DNA of 64,000 bases from Burkholderiales bacterium (GTDB lineage Bacteria > Pseudomonadota > Gammaproteobacteria > Burkholderiales > SG8-39): contig DASPRB010000105.1 in the NCBI GenBank assembly GCA_035624675.1, positions 24,248 through 88,247 on the forward strand, written 5' to 3'. Under the pieces are notes generated by a model. That model did no database searches, had not been told where the DNA came from, and saw only the letters and a list, made by a program, of their open reading frames with translations. A program made the position numbers and the translations under genes. This document shows positions 19,746 to 30,571 of this stretch, one piece after another (positions within the stretch are counted from its first letter, which is position 1; each line of letters begins with the position of its first letter).

Positions 19746-20434
19746 AAGGCCGGCACGATTTTCACCTTCAGCTCGCCGACGCCATCGATGCGCGCCTCCA
19801 GCTCGTCGCCGGGCTTGACCGGACCGACTCCCGCCGGTGTGCCCGAAAAGATGAGATCGCCCGGCTCGAGCGTGTAGTACTCCGAGAGATACGCGATTTG
19901 CTCGGGAACCGACCAGATCATGTCGGACAGGTCCGCCTTCTGCCGTTCCTTGCCGTTCACCGTCAGCATGATCGCGCCCTTGGAGGGATGGCCGATGCGC
20001 GCGGCGGGCGTGAGCGCACTGCAGGGCGCTGCCTCGTCGAAGTCCTTGCCGAAATCCCAGGGACGGCCATGGTCCTTGCCCCATTGCTGCAGGTCGCGCC
20101 GCGTCATATCCAGGCCCACGCCATAGCCGAACACGAGATCGTTTGCTTTCTTCGCATCGATGCGCCGGCCGCCCTTGGCAAGGGCCACGACCATTTCCGT
20201 CTCGTAGTGGTAATTGGCAGTCTTGGGCGGGTAATGAACCGCCCCGCCCGGCGCGACCAGTGAATGCGCGGATTTGATGAAGAAGAACGGTGCCTCGCGA
20301 CCATCGCCGCCCATCTCCTTCTGGTGCTCGACGTAGTTTCGGCCGACACAAAAGATGCGTCGCACGGGGAACAAGTCGGAGGAACCGACGACGGGAAGCG
20401 AGGGAGGCGTCCAAAGCGGGATTGCGTAGGCCAT
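19742..20434 (-). CDS. fumarylacetoacetate hydrolase (FAH) family protein, fumarylpyruvate-hydrolase-sized
   Basis: 230 aa with the FAH-fold core (RIFCVGRNYVEHQKEMG...YETEMVVALAK...GTPAGVGPVKPGD). It has a 4-nt ATGA overlap with maiA. Confidence 0.85.
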   Translation of the reverse strand: MAYAIPLWTPPSLPVVGSSDLFPVRRIFCVGRNYVEHQKEMGGDGREAPFFFIKSAHSLVAPGGAVHYPPKTANYHYETEMVVALAKGGRRIDAKKANDLVFGYGVGLDMTRRDLQQWGKDHGRPWDFGKDFDEAAPCSALTPAARIGHPSKGAIMLTVNGKERQKADLSDMIWSVPEQIAYLSEYYTLEPGDLIFSGTPAGVGPVKPGDELEARIDGVGELKVKIVPAL

Positions 20435-20476
20435 GCTGTCCTCTGGGTGAAGTGCCGCGTTCGAAAAAGCGCGATT

Positions 20477-22012
<1,536 letters not shown>

Positions 22013-22019
22013 CGTATTC

Positions 22020-23543
22020 TCATTGCGCCGAACCGAATTCCGCGCTCAATTGCGCGCGCAGGCGAAAGCGCTGGATCTTGCCGGTCGCGGTGCGCGGCAA
22101 TTCTCTCACTTCACGTATCCACTTTGGCTGACTGTGCCGGGGCAGGCCGGCGGCGCAGCGTTGTGCGGCCAAGGCGGCAGCGCCAGGTGCGTCGCGCGGC
22201 ACCACGAACAGCGCCAGCCGGTCGAAGCCGTCCTGATCGGGCACCACGACGCAGGCGGCTTCGCGCACGTTGTCATCGAGCAGCACCGCCTCCTCGAGCT
22301 CGGCCGGGCGGACCCACTGCCCCGCCACCTTGTACAGCTCGTCGGACCTCCCCTGATGGTAGAAATACCCGTCCGCGTCGCGCGTAAAGAGGTCACCCGT
22401 GCAGAACCAGCCGTCGCGAAAGGCGTGCGCGGTCGCGGCAGGATCCTTGTAGCCGAGCGCAAGCGACGGATGCCGTAGCCACAGTACCCCGGGTTCGCCC
22501 GGAGCGACCTCTGCGCCTGCGCCATCGACGATGCGCGTCTGGACGCCGGCGAGCGGCACGCCCGTGCTGCCCTCCCGCGTGCGGCCGGGAAAGTTGGAGA
22601 TCGCATTGCAGAAGGTCTCGGACATGCCGTAGCAGACCAGGATCTCGGTGCCCACAGCGGCTCGCCACTGGCGCAGGATCGCATCAGGCAGACGCTCGCC
22701 GCCGGTGGCCACGATCGGGATGCGCGCAAACGGCGCCAGTTTCTCCCTGGGAAGCGCGAGCAGCCGCCGAAAGAAGGTGGGCACGGTGAAGAAGACTCCC
22801 GGGCGGTGGCGCTCCGCCTGCGCGGCGATCGCCTCGGGCTCTGGCCAGTCCTCGTTCAGGATCGTCGTCGCACCACAGGCGAGAGCACCGGTGAAAGCGT
22901 TGTCCAGCGCGAAGGCGAAGAACAGCTTCGAGGTGGCGAGGATCACCGTTCCGGGGCGCACCGCGGCCACTTCACGCAACAGCTTGCCCGCCTGCGAGGC
23001 GTTTGCGTGGCTGTGCAGGATCGCCTTCGGCCGGCCGGTCGTGCCCGAGGAGTAAAGCCAAAAGGCGGGCTCGTCCGCGCGCGTTGGATGCGAGGCTTGC
23101 ATTGGCGCCGCGTCGCGTGCCAGCGCTTCCAGTGACCCCGGCCCATCGCGCGCGGGCTGGAGCCGCGTGCGGCCGCCCGCCGCCTGCGCAGCGAGCGAGG
23201 CGTGCGCGGGATCGAATAACACGAGCCGCGCTTCACTGTCGGCCAGAATAAAGCCGATGTCGGAGGGGGTCAGGCGGGTATTCACGGGCACAGCGACCAT
23301 TCCGGCCTTGAGCGCGCCCAGGAACGCGGCGCAGAACATTGGCGAGTCGTCCATCAACATGCACAGGCGATCGCCTGTCTCGAGACCCGCGCCGCGCAAG
23401 GCGCTCGCTACCCGGGCCGCAAGCTGCGCAAGTTCGCCGTAGCTGACGCCGCCCTCCGCTTGCAGGATAGCGGGTCGCGCGCGCAGCGACGCTTCGCCCG
23501 CCCGCGCTAGCAGTACGTCGGCTGCGTTGAGTTGGCCCGGCAT
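22020..23543 (-). CDS. AMP-dependent aryl-CoA ligase (benzoate-CoA ligase family), paralogue 2
   Basis: 507 aa from the internal ATG at 23543 (MPGQLNAADV). It carries the same motif set as paralogue 1 (AFWLYSSGTTGRPKA, YGMSETF, GWFCTGD, GRSDELYKVAGQWVRPAELE, PRTATGKIQRF). It ends 7 nt upstream of paralogue 1. Confidence 0.88.
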   Translation of the reverse strand: MPGQLNAADVLLARAGEASLRARPAILQAEGGVSYGELAQLAARVASALRGAGLETGDRLCMLMDDSPMFCAAFLGALKAGMVAVPVNTRLTPSDIGFILADSEARLVLFDPAHASLAAQAAGGRTRLQPARDGPGSLEALARDAAPMQASHPTRADEPAFWLYSSGTTGRPKAILHSHANASQAGKLLREVAAVRPGTVILATSKLFFAFALDNAFTGALACGATTILNEDWPEPEAIAAQAERHRPGVFFTVPTFFRRLLALPREKLAPFARIPIVATGGERLPDAILRQWRAAVGTEILVCYGMSETFCNAISNFPGRTREGSTGVPLAGVQTRIVDGAGAEVAPGEPGVLWLRHPSLALGYKDPAATAHAFRDGWFCTGDLFTRDADGYFYHQGRSDELYKVAGQWVRPAELEEAVLLDDNVREAACVVVPDQDGFDRLALFVVPRDAPGAAALAAQRCAAGLPRHSQPKWIREVRELPRTATGKIQRFRLRAQLSAEFGSAQ

Positions 23544-23611
23544 TGCCCCTCCGACAACCCCGGAGTGGGATTCCGGGATGTCAATTTGGCATCCTAAGCT
23601 ACCGCCCACGG

Positions 23612-23640
23612 AAAAAAAAAGACGGACCCGAAGGTCCGTC
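23612..23640 (-). terminator. rho-independent terminator downstream of amtB
   Basis: The minus-strand RNA is GACGGACC-UUCG-GGUCCGUC, followed by nine U. A second GC-only hairpin (GGCCGCCGGCG/CGCCGGCGGCC, 23662-23685) lies between it and the amtB stop. Confidence 0.85.
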
Positions 23641-23697
23641 TCACAAAGTCGGGATCGGCATGGCCGCCGGCGGTCGCCGGCGGCCCCGCCTTGTCGC

Positions 23698-25128
23698 TCA
23701 GCTTACGACCTGCTCGCCGTGCTGAGTGATGTCCAGGCCCTCGCGCTCCTGCTCTTCCGACACGCGCAGGCCGATGAACATGTCGACCACCTTGAGGATG
23801 ATGAAGGTGGCGATCGCATCGTAGGCCGCAACGGCCCCGACGGCGATCAGCTGGGTGACGAACTGCCCGCCATTGCCTTCGAGTACGCCCGCCGTACCGC
23901 CGATCGCCTTGACCGCGAACACACCGGTCAGGATGGCGCCGACGGTTCCGCCGATGCCGTGCACGCCGAAGGCGTCCAGCGAGTCGTCGTAGCCGAGCAT
24001 GTTCTTCATATAGGTCGCGGTCCAGAAGCAGATCACGCCCCCGGCGATGCCGATGATGAAGGCACCTGTCGGCCCGACGAAGCCCGAGGCCGGGGTAATG
24101 GCGACCAGGCCCGCTACTGCGCCCGAGCACATGCCGAGCAGGCTGGGCTTGCCCTTGGCCATCCACTCCGCGAACATCCAGGCGAGCGCCGCGGTGGCGG
24201 TGGCAATCTGCGTGACGGCCATGGCCATTCCGGCGCGTCCTCCGGCGCTGACCGCCGATCCGGCGTTGAAGCCGAACCAGCCCACCCAAAGGAGCGAGGC
24301 ACCGATCATCGTGAGCACCAGGTTGTGCGGCGCCATCGGCTCCTTGCGGTAGCCGATGCGCTTGCCCAGCACGAGCGCGCACACAAGACCCGCTACGCCG
24401 GCATTGATGTGCACGACGGTGCCGCCCGCGAAGTCCAGAGCGCCCATCTTGGCAAGCCAGCCGGTCGGCGCCCACACCCAATGCGCGATCGGCGAGTACA
24501 CGAAGATCAGCCACATCCCCATGAACCACACCACCGCGGAGAACTTCATCCGGTCGGCGAATGCGCCAGCGATCAGCGCTGGGGTGATGATCGCGAAGGT
24601 CATCTGGAAGCTCATGAAGACCGACTCCGGCACGGCACCCGACAGGCCGCTCACCGTGGTTTTCTCCATGCCCTGCAGGAACAGGCGCGACAGGTCGCCG
24701 ACGAACGAACCCCCGTTGGTGAAGGCGATCGTGTAGCCGATCATGTACCACAGCACCGTGACGAGGCAGGTGACGACGAAGCTCTGCGCAAGCGTGGCGA
24801 GCACGTTCTTCTTGCGCACCATGCCGGCGTAGAACAGGCCCAGACCGGGAATCGTCATCATCAGCACCAGGGCCATGGAGGTGAGCATCCAAGCGGTGTC
24901 ACCGGGATTGATGCTGGGATCGGCGTCCGCCGATACGGCTTCCTTGGGCGCAGGTGCCGGAGCCGCTGCGGGTGCCGGTGCGGGCGCCGGAGTCGCCGCG
25001 GCTGGGGCGGGCGCCGTCGTCGCTTGGGCCAGCAATACGGGCGCCGGCTTGATGTCCTCGGCCGAGACCTGACCGGCGAATGCGCCGATCGCGGCCAGCA
25101 GCGAGAGGATTGAAACGAGCTTTCTCAT
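23698..25128 (-). CDS. amtB: ammonium transporter AmtB (with Ala/Pro-rich N-terminal extension)
   Basis: 476 aa. A signal-peptide-like N-terminus is followed by an AP-rich linker and then the Amt core (DTAWMLTSMALVLMMTIPGLGLFYAG, FAGGTVVHINAGVAGLV, DDSLDAFGVHGIGG). It lies downstream of glnK. Confidence 0.95.
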   Translation of the reverse strand: MRKLVSILSLLAAIGAFAGQVSAEDIKPAPVLLAQATTAPAPAAATPAPAPAPAAAPAPAPKEAVSADADPSINPGDTAWMLTSMALVLMMTIPGLGLFYAGMVRKKNVLATLAQSFVVTCLVTVLWYMIGYTIAFTNGGSFVGDLSRLFLQGMEKTTVSGLSGAVPESVFMSFQMTFAIITPALIAGAFADRMKFSAVVWFMGMWLIFVYSPIAHWVWAPTGWLAKMGALDFAGGTVVHINAGVAGLVCALVLGKRIGYRKEPMAPHNLVLTMIGASLLWVGWFGFNAGSAVSAGGRAGMAMAVTQIATATAALAWMFAEWMAKGKPSLLGMCSGAVAGLVAITPASGFVGPTGAFIIGIAGGVICFWTATYMKNMLGYDDSLDAFGVHGIGGTVGAILTGVFAVKAIGGTAGVLEGNGGQFVTQLIAVGAVAAYDAIATFIILKVVDMFIGLRVSEEQEREGLDITQHGEQVVS

Positions 25129-25137
25129 CTTGATCTC

Positions 25138-25512
<375 letters not shown>

Positions 25513-26301
25513 CTAGAGAGTCTTGCTGAAGGTAACCAGGAAGCGGCCCTTCCCAAGATCGTAGTTGTTCACGCAATAGGGGTTCTGGGCGGATACGCCG
25601 CCGCAGTCGGCGTTCGCGTTCGTGTCGGAGTAGTAGAGGCCGAGCGTTCCGACACCGAGATCCTTGGTCGCGCCGATCTTCCAGTCCGTGTAGCTCGCGT
25701 CGCCATAGTGTCGAACATCCTGATATCCGACGTGGCCTACGAGCCCAAAGCCGCTCCCGAGGTCGTAGTTGCCGGTCAAATCGAAGTACCCGCTGCCCTT
25801 CGAATCTTCGCCCGTGGTGGGATTGACCCATCCGAACAGCTTCGTCACGCTGTACGAGTACTTCGCCGTCAGCCACTTCCAGCTCAACGCGCCGTAGATC
25901 TCGGTCGTGTTGGGATCGAAGCTGCCGAATCCGGTGCCGGGATAGATGTAGCTCAGCGCACCGACGTCGTAGCCGAAGTCTTTGGCGAAGCTCCCCTTGT
26001 AGCCGCCGTACACGTCCCACTCCATGCTTGCGCTGGCGCCGGGTACGCCGTCGCTGATCCAGCTGATGTTCGATCCCCAGGTGCCGAGGTAAAAGCCACT
26101 CGAGTGGGCAAAATCGAACCCGCCTTGGACCGCCGGCTTGCCGCGCGTCTGCGCAATACCGCGGTACAGGTACTCCGAGGCTAGCGATACGTTCCCGGTA
26201 AAGGTATACGGAGGCGGCGTGGTTGCGGCTTGCTGCGCGGACGCGAGCGCTGGCACGCCTATCGCTGCAGCCGTGGAAAGGGCGAGAAGACTCTTACGCA
26301 T
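25513..26301 (-). CDS. TorF-family / NlmA-like putative outer-membrane porin
   Basis: I prefer ATG 26301 (GGGAG 8 nt upstream) over the track GTG at 26310. The protein has a signal peptide (MRKSLLALSTAAAIGVPALASA), then the TIGR02001-like N-terminus (TGNVSLASEYLYRGIAQT) and an aromatic-rich beta-barrel pattern. It is the first gene of the porin-glnK-amtB unit. Confidence 0.8.
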   Translation of the reverse strand: MRKSLLALSTAAAIGVPALASAQQAATTPPPYTFTGNVSLASEYLYRGIAQTRGKPAVQGGFDFAHSSGFYLGTWGSNISWISDGVPGASASMEWDVYGGYKGSFAKDFGYDVGALSYIYPGTGFGSFDPNTTEIYGALSWKWLTAKYSYSVTKLFGWVNPTTGEDSKGSGYFDLTGNYDLGSGFGLVGHVGYQDVRHYGDASYTDWKIGATKDLGVGTLGLYYSDTNANADCGGVSAQNPYCVNNYDLGKGRFLVTFSKTL

Positions 26302-26353
26302 GATCGACACTCCCTAAGTGAATGGAAGAAAAATGGAGACCCCTTCTCGGGTT

Positions 26354-26369
26354 AGCATCCGCCGTGCCA
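26354..26369 (-). promoter_or_regulatory. sigma-54 (-24/-12) promoter for porin-glnK-amtB
   Basis: The minus strand reads CTGGCAC-GGCGG-ATGCT. GG and GC have the exact consensus spacing (TGGCAC-N5-TTGC) with one mismatch. The site lies about 55 nt upstream of the porin ATG. Confidence 0.75.
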
Positions 26370-26430
26370 GGTTATTAGGTATTTATTTTCAAGCGCTTAC
26401 CATCTGTACGACCGGCGGACAGGCGGCCTG

Positions 26431-26447
26431 TGCACTGTCCTGGTGCA
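26431..26447. promoter_or_regulatory. NtrC-type enhancer palindrome
   Basis: TGCACTGTCCTGGTGCA compares well with the enteric NtrC consensus TGCACC-N5-GGTGCA. It is centred about 70 nt upstream of the -24 element. Only one good copy was seen. Confidence 0.6.
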
Positions 26448-26523
26448 GAGCGCCCATGGCTGGCGTCAAACCAGTGCGCCAATAGCTGCGATAAGCTCCA
26501 AGCCTGTTCAAGGGCTCGGTAAA

Positions 26524-26760
26524 GTGATCGATCACAGCGTGCTGGACGAGTTGGGTAAGCGCATCGCCCAGGCAGTGCGCGATGGCCCGGCGCAGGATAT
26601 GGAAAAGAACCTGCGGGCGCTGCTCTCGGCTTTCTTCGATCGCTTTGACCTCGTAGCCCGCGAGGACTTCGACGTACAGAAAAAGATCGTGGAGCGGGCG
26701 CAAGCCAAGCTCGAGGCGCTCGAAGCCCGCGTGACCGAGCTCGAGTCGCGACGCGGCTGA
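26524..26760 (+). CDS. ubiK: UbiK/YqiC (BMFP) family accessory factor
   Basis: 78 aa from GTG 26524 (VIDHSVLDELGKRIAQAV...). The motif DLVAREDFDVQKKIVERAQAKLEALEARVTELE matches E. coli YqiC ([26 protein letters not shown].ELE). The longer track ORF from 26443 would run through the NtrC palindrome, so I rejected it. Confidence 0.75.
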   Translation: MIDHSVLDELGKRIAQAVRDGPAQDMEKNLRALLSAFFDRFDLVAREDFDVQKKIVERAQAKLEALEARVTELESRRG

Positions 26761-26837
26761 CCGTCGGCGCGGTAAACGGCGCACCGTCCGGCTGCGTTTG
26801 TCCTCCAGGACGCCTCTTTTGCGCGTCGGGAGGCAAC

Positions 26838-28337
26838 ATGCCGCTGGCGGTGGTGGCGAGCCGTGCGCTCGCCGGAATCGATGCCCCGGAGGTCACGGTC
26901 GAGGTGCACCTCGGACCGGGACTGCCGGCGTTTCACATCGTCGGCCTGCCCGACGCCGAGGTGCGCGAGGCGAAGGATCGCGTGCGCGCGGCACTGAACC
27001 ACGCGCACTTCGAATTCCCGGCGCGCCGCATCACGGTGAATCTCGCGCCTGCCGATCTGCCAAAGGACTCCAGCCGCTTCGACCTCCCGATCACGCTCGG
27101 CGTGCTTGCCGCGAGCGGTCAGCTTGCGCCCGAGGCGCTGGCCGGCCACGAATTCGCTGGCGAGCTGTCGCTCACCGGCGAACTGCGCCCGGTGCGCGGG
27201 GCGCTCGCCATGGCGCTCCAGGCGCGCGGCGCCGGACGAGCCTTCGTGCTGCCCGCGGACAACGCGCCGCAGGCATCGCTCGCTGAGGGCGCGCGCGTGC
27301 TACCGGTCCGCACCCTGCTCGAGGTCGTCGCTCACCTCACGGGTGAAGCCCGCCTCGAGCCGTACGCCGCGAAGACGTGCGCGGCATCCCCCGGGTATTC
27401 GGATTTCGACGAGGTGAAGGGCCAGCAGCAGGTCAAGCGCGCGCTCGAAGTGGCCGCTGCCGGCGGACACAGCGTCCTCATGGTCGGGCCGCCGGGGACT
27501 GGCAAGTCGATGCTCGCCGCGCGCTTTCCCGGCATCCTGCCGCCGCTATCCGAGGGCGAGGCGCTCGAAGTGGCCGCCGTGCAGTCGGTGTCAAGCGCAG
27601 GCTTCGAAGCACGCCAATGGGGCGCGCGCCCGTTCCGCGCACCGCACCACAGCGCCTCTAGCGCTGCACTGGTCGGCGGCGGGAACCTGCCGCGTCCGGG
27701 AGAAATATCTCTGGCCCACCATGGCGTGCTGTTCTTGGACGAGCTGCCGGAATTCGACCGCGACGTGCTCGAGGCGCTGCGCGAGCCAATGGAATCGGGC
27801 CGCATCTCGATCGCGCGCGCAGCGCGTCAGGCGCAGTTTCCCGCGCGCTTCCAGCTGCTCGCCGCGATGAATCCCTGTCCGTGCGGCCACTGCGGCTCGC
27901 CCGGGGGACGCTGCCGCTGCACGCCCGAGCGCATCGCCCGCTACCGCGGCAGAGTGTCCGGGCCGCTCGCCGACCGCATCGACATCAAGTTGGAAGTCCC
28001 CGCGCCGCGGGACGAGGAGTTGCTGGCGAACGCACCGGGCGAGCCTACCCGCGTCATCCGCGAGCGCGTGATGCGGGCGCGCGCAGTCCAGACCGCACGC
28101 CAGGGCAAGCCCAACGCGCTCCTCGAGACGCGCGAGATCGACCGCCACTGCGGCACGGACCGGGACGGCGACAAGCTGCTGCGCCACGCGCTCGCGCGGC
28201 TGCTGCTCTCGGCGCGCGCTTATCACCGCGTGCTGCGCGTCGCGCGCTCGATCGCCGACCTGGCGGACACTCGAATGATTGCGGCTGAACACGTCGCCGA
28301 GGCGATCCAGTATCGCAGGCTCGACGCCTCGTTCTAG
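26838..28337 (+). CDS. YifB/ComM family Mg-chelatase-like AAA+ ATPase
   Basis: 499 aa. The Lon-like N-domain (VEVHLGPGLPAFHIVGLPDAEVREAKDRV) is followed by Walker A (GPPGTGKS), Walker B (VLFLDELPEF) and a Cys cluster (CPCGHCGSPGGRCRC). Confidence 0.93.
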   Translation: MPLAVVASRALAGIDAPEVTVEVHLGPGLPAFHIVGLPDAEVREAKDRVRAALNHAHFEFPARRITVNLAPADLPKDSSRFDLPITLGVLAASGQLAPEALAGHEFAGELSLTGELRPVRGALAMALQARGAGRAFVLPADNAPQASLAEGARVLPVRTLLEVVAHLTGEARLEPYAAKTCAASPGYSDFDEVKGQQQVKRALEVAAAGGHSVLMVGPPGTGKSMLAARFPGILPPLSEGEALEVAAVQSVSSAGFEARQWGARPFRAPHHSASSAALVGGGNLPRPGEISLAHHGVLFLDELPEFDRDVLEALREPMESGRISIARAARQAQFPARFQLLAAMNPCPCGHCGSPGGRCRCTPERIARYRGRVSGPLADRIDIKLEVPAPRDEELLANAPGEPTRVIRERVMRARAVQTARQGKPNALLETREIDRHCGTDRDGDKLLRHALARLLLSARAYHRVLRVARSIADLADTRMIAAEHVAEAIQYRRLDASF

Positions 28338-28363
28338 GGTCATCTGTTAGAGTCGGCCGGGCG

Positions 28364-29197
28364 ATGGCGACCTATGCGATCGGCGACGTGCAGGGGTGCT
28401 TCGACGAGCTGCAGGCGCTGCTCGCGCGCATCGGGTTCGACGCGGCGCGCGACCGGCTGTGGTTCGTCGGCGACCTCGTCAACCGTGGACCGCAATCGCT
28501 CGAGGTGCTGCGCGCGGTGCGCGGGATGGGTGAGCGCGCCGTGGTGGTGCTCGGCAATCACGACCTGCATCTCGTGTGCCTGTACGAGGGTCACGCCCGG
28601 CGCCGCGACGAGGACACGCTCGACGGACTGCTTGCCGCACCGGATGCCGCCGAGCTGATAGCCTGGCTGCGCACGCGGCCCCTGATGCACGTCGAGGCCG
28701 GCTACGCCATGGTGCACGCCGGCCTGCTGCCCGGCTGGTCGATCGAGCAGGCACGAGCACTTGCGCGCGAGGTCGAGGAGGCGCTCGCCGCGCCGCGCTA
28801 CCGCGAATTCATCGCCCACATGTACGGCAGCTTGCCGGACCGCTGGAGCGACGCGCTCGCCGGCTGGGACCGTTTGCGCGTGATCGTAAACGCGATGACC
28901 CGCATGCGCTTCTGCACGCGCGAGGGGGTCATGGAGTTTCGCGCCAAGGGAATCGAGCCGCCGCCTGGCTATGCGCCCTGGTTCGCGCTGCGCGGCGGGC
29001 GCACGGAGCCCGCGATCGTTTGCGGCCACTGGTCGGCGCTCGGGCTCAAGCTCGAGCCGCGCCTTGCGGCGCTCGATACGGGCTGCGTGTGGGGAGGCGC
29101 CCTGAGCGCCTTGCGCCTGGAGGACCGGCGCCTGTATCAGGTCCCCTGCGCAGTTTATCGCCCGATCGACGAAGCCAGAGCAGCGGAGGAAAGATGA
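28364..29197 (+). CDS. apaH: symmetrical bis(5'-nucleosyl)-tetraphosphatase
   Basis: 277 aa with metallophosphatase motifs GDVQGC, GDLVNRGP, GNHD and VHAG. Confidence 0.93.
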   Translation: MATYAIGDVQGCFDELQALLARIGFDAARDRLWFVGDLVNRGPQSLEVLRAVRGMGERAVVVLGNHDLHLVCLYEGHARRRDEDTLDGLLAAPDAAELIAWLRTRPLMHVEAGYAMVHAGLLPGWSIEQARALAREVEEALAAPRYREFIAHMYGSLPDRWSDALAGWDRLRVIVNAMTRMRFCTREGVMEFRAKGIEPPPGYAPWFALRGGRTEPAIVCGHWSALGLKLEPRLAALDTGCVWGGALSALRLEDRRLYQVPCAVYRPIDEARAAEER

Positions 29198-29607
29198 ACG
29201 ACTGCGTGTTTTGCCGCATTGTAGCGGGGCAGCTTCCCGCGACGCGGGTGTGCGAGGACGCCCACGCCCTCGCCTTCATGGACATCGGTCAGGTCAATCC
29301 CGGCCACGTACTGGTCGCCGTCAAGGCGCACGCCGAGAACCTCTATGAGGTGAACGAAGAGCAGGCAACCGCGGTGGCGCGCGTCAGCCTACGCGTTGCG
29401 CGCGCCATTCGTACGGCGTTTTCCCCCGAGGGGCTGTCGGTATACCAGGCAAACGGCCGTCCCGCCGGCCAGACCGTGTTCCACTATCACCTGCATTTGC
29501 TGCCGCGCCACGCCGGCGACGGCATGGAGCTCACGTGGCCAGTTAAGAACCCGCCGCGCGATCGGCTCGAAGCCTATGCAGCGAAGATTCGCGCGGCCCT
29601 GGGCTGA
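29194..29607 (+). CDS. HIT family nucleotide hydrolase/transferase
   Basis: 137 aa. The internal ATG at 29194 overlaps the apaH stop (ATGA). The N-terminus is CVFCRIVAG and the histidine triad is HYHLHLLPR. Confidence 0.9.
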   Translation: MNDCVFCRIVAGQLPATRVCEDAHALAFMDIGQVNPGHVLVAVKAHAENLYEVNEEQATAVARVSLRVARAIRTAFSPEGLSVYQANGRPAGQTVFHYHLHLLPRHAGDGMELTWPVKNPPRDRLEAYAAKIRAALG

Positions 29608-29615
29608 GCGCAGCG

Positions 29616-30554
29616 TTACCGCCAAGGGCTGAAGCCGAAGGCGGTCTTGTAGCGCTCCTCGATTTCGTCGTGCGTGGGCGCGTGGTTCTGCGCGCCGCGG
29701 TGCGCGATCTTGATGGCGCCCATGACCGCGCCAAGACGCGCGGTCGTGGGCCAGTCCCAGCCCTGCGTGATTCCGTACAGCAATCCGGCGCGGTAGGCGT
29801 CGCCGCAGCCGGTCGGATCGACCAGGCGATCGGCCTTTACGCACGGAATCTCGTGACGCTTGCCTGCGGCATGGACCAGTGAGCCTTGTGCACCGAGCGT
29901 GACAACCAGCGCCTTGAGGTCTTTCGCCAAGTCCTCCAGCGTGCAGCCGGTCTTGTCCTGCAGCATCTTGCCTTCGTAGTCGTTCACCGCGACATAGTCG
30001 GCGAGCGCGATGAACTCGCGCAGCTCGGTTGCGGAAAACATCGGCAGTCCCTGACCGGGATCGAACATGAACGGGATGCCGTTCTGCGCGCACTGGCGCG
30101 CGTGCTGCTGCATGCCGTCCTTGCCGTCCGGGCTGACGATCGCGAGCGTCGCACCCAGCTCGGGACCAATCGGATTCTCGTGCGAGTGATTCATGGCCCC
30201 CGGGTGGAAGGCCGTGATCTGATTGTCATCGAGGTCAGTGGTGATGAATGCCTGGGCGGTAAACTGGCCGCGTACCGTCCTCAACAGGCCCGTGCCGATG
30301 CCGAGGCGTGCGAGACGCTCGAGATAGGGCTGGACGTCCTCGCCGACTGTCGCCATGACGAGGGGCTCCGCGCCCAGCAGACGCAGGTTATAGCCGATGT
30401 TGCCCGCAGTGCCTCCGAACTCTCGTCGCATCTCCGGCGTGAGAAAGCAGACATTGAGGATGTGCAGCTGGTCAGCGAGCAGGTGATTCTTGAAGCGATC
30501 CGGGAACACCATGATGGTGTCATACGCGATCGACCCTGTGACGAGCGTGGCCAA
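29616..30554 (-). CDS. PfkB-family kinase, adenosine-kinase-like
   Basis: 312 aa. There is no ATG or GTG, so I use TTG at 30554 (GGAGA 5 nt upstream), which gives (M)ATLVTGSIAYDTIMVFPDRF. The protein resembles mycobacterial adenosine kinase and has C-terminal DPTGCGDAYRAG. The rest of track ORF 29616..31487 is out-of-frame read-through of the upstream gene. Confidence 0.82.
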   Translation of the reverse strand: MATLVTGSIAYDTIMVFPDRFKNHLLADQLHILNVCFLTPEMRREFGGTAGNIGYNLRLLGAEPLVMATVGEDVQPYLERLARLGIGTGLLRTVRGQFTAQAFITTDLDDNQITAFHPGAMNHSHENPIGPELGATLAIVSPDGKDGMQQHARQCAQNGIPFMFDPGQGLPMFSATELREFIALADYVAVNDYEGKMLQDKTGCTLEDLAKDLKALVVTLGAQGSLVHAAGKRHEIPCVKADRLVDPTGCGDAYRAGLLYGITQGWDWPTTARLGAVMGAIKIAHRGAQNHAPTHDEIEERYKTAFGFSPWR

Positions 30555-30571
30555 GCGATCTCCGTTAAGGG

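Noticed and set aside
23662-23685. Perfect 11-bp GC-only palindrome (GGCCGCCGGCG / CGCCGGCGGCC) just downstream of amtB; possible REP-like repeat
   Set aside because: There is a single copy in the window and it has no flanking repeat structure. It is most simply an auxiliary hairpin ahead of the canonical terminator at 23612-23640.
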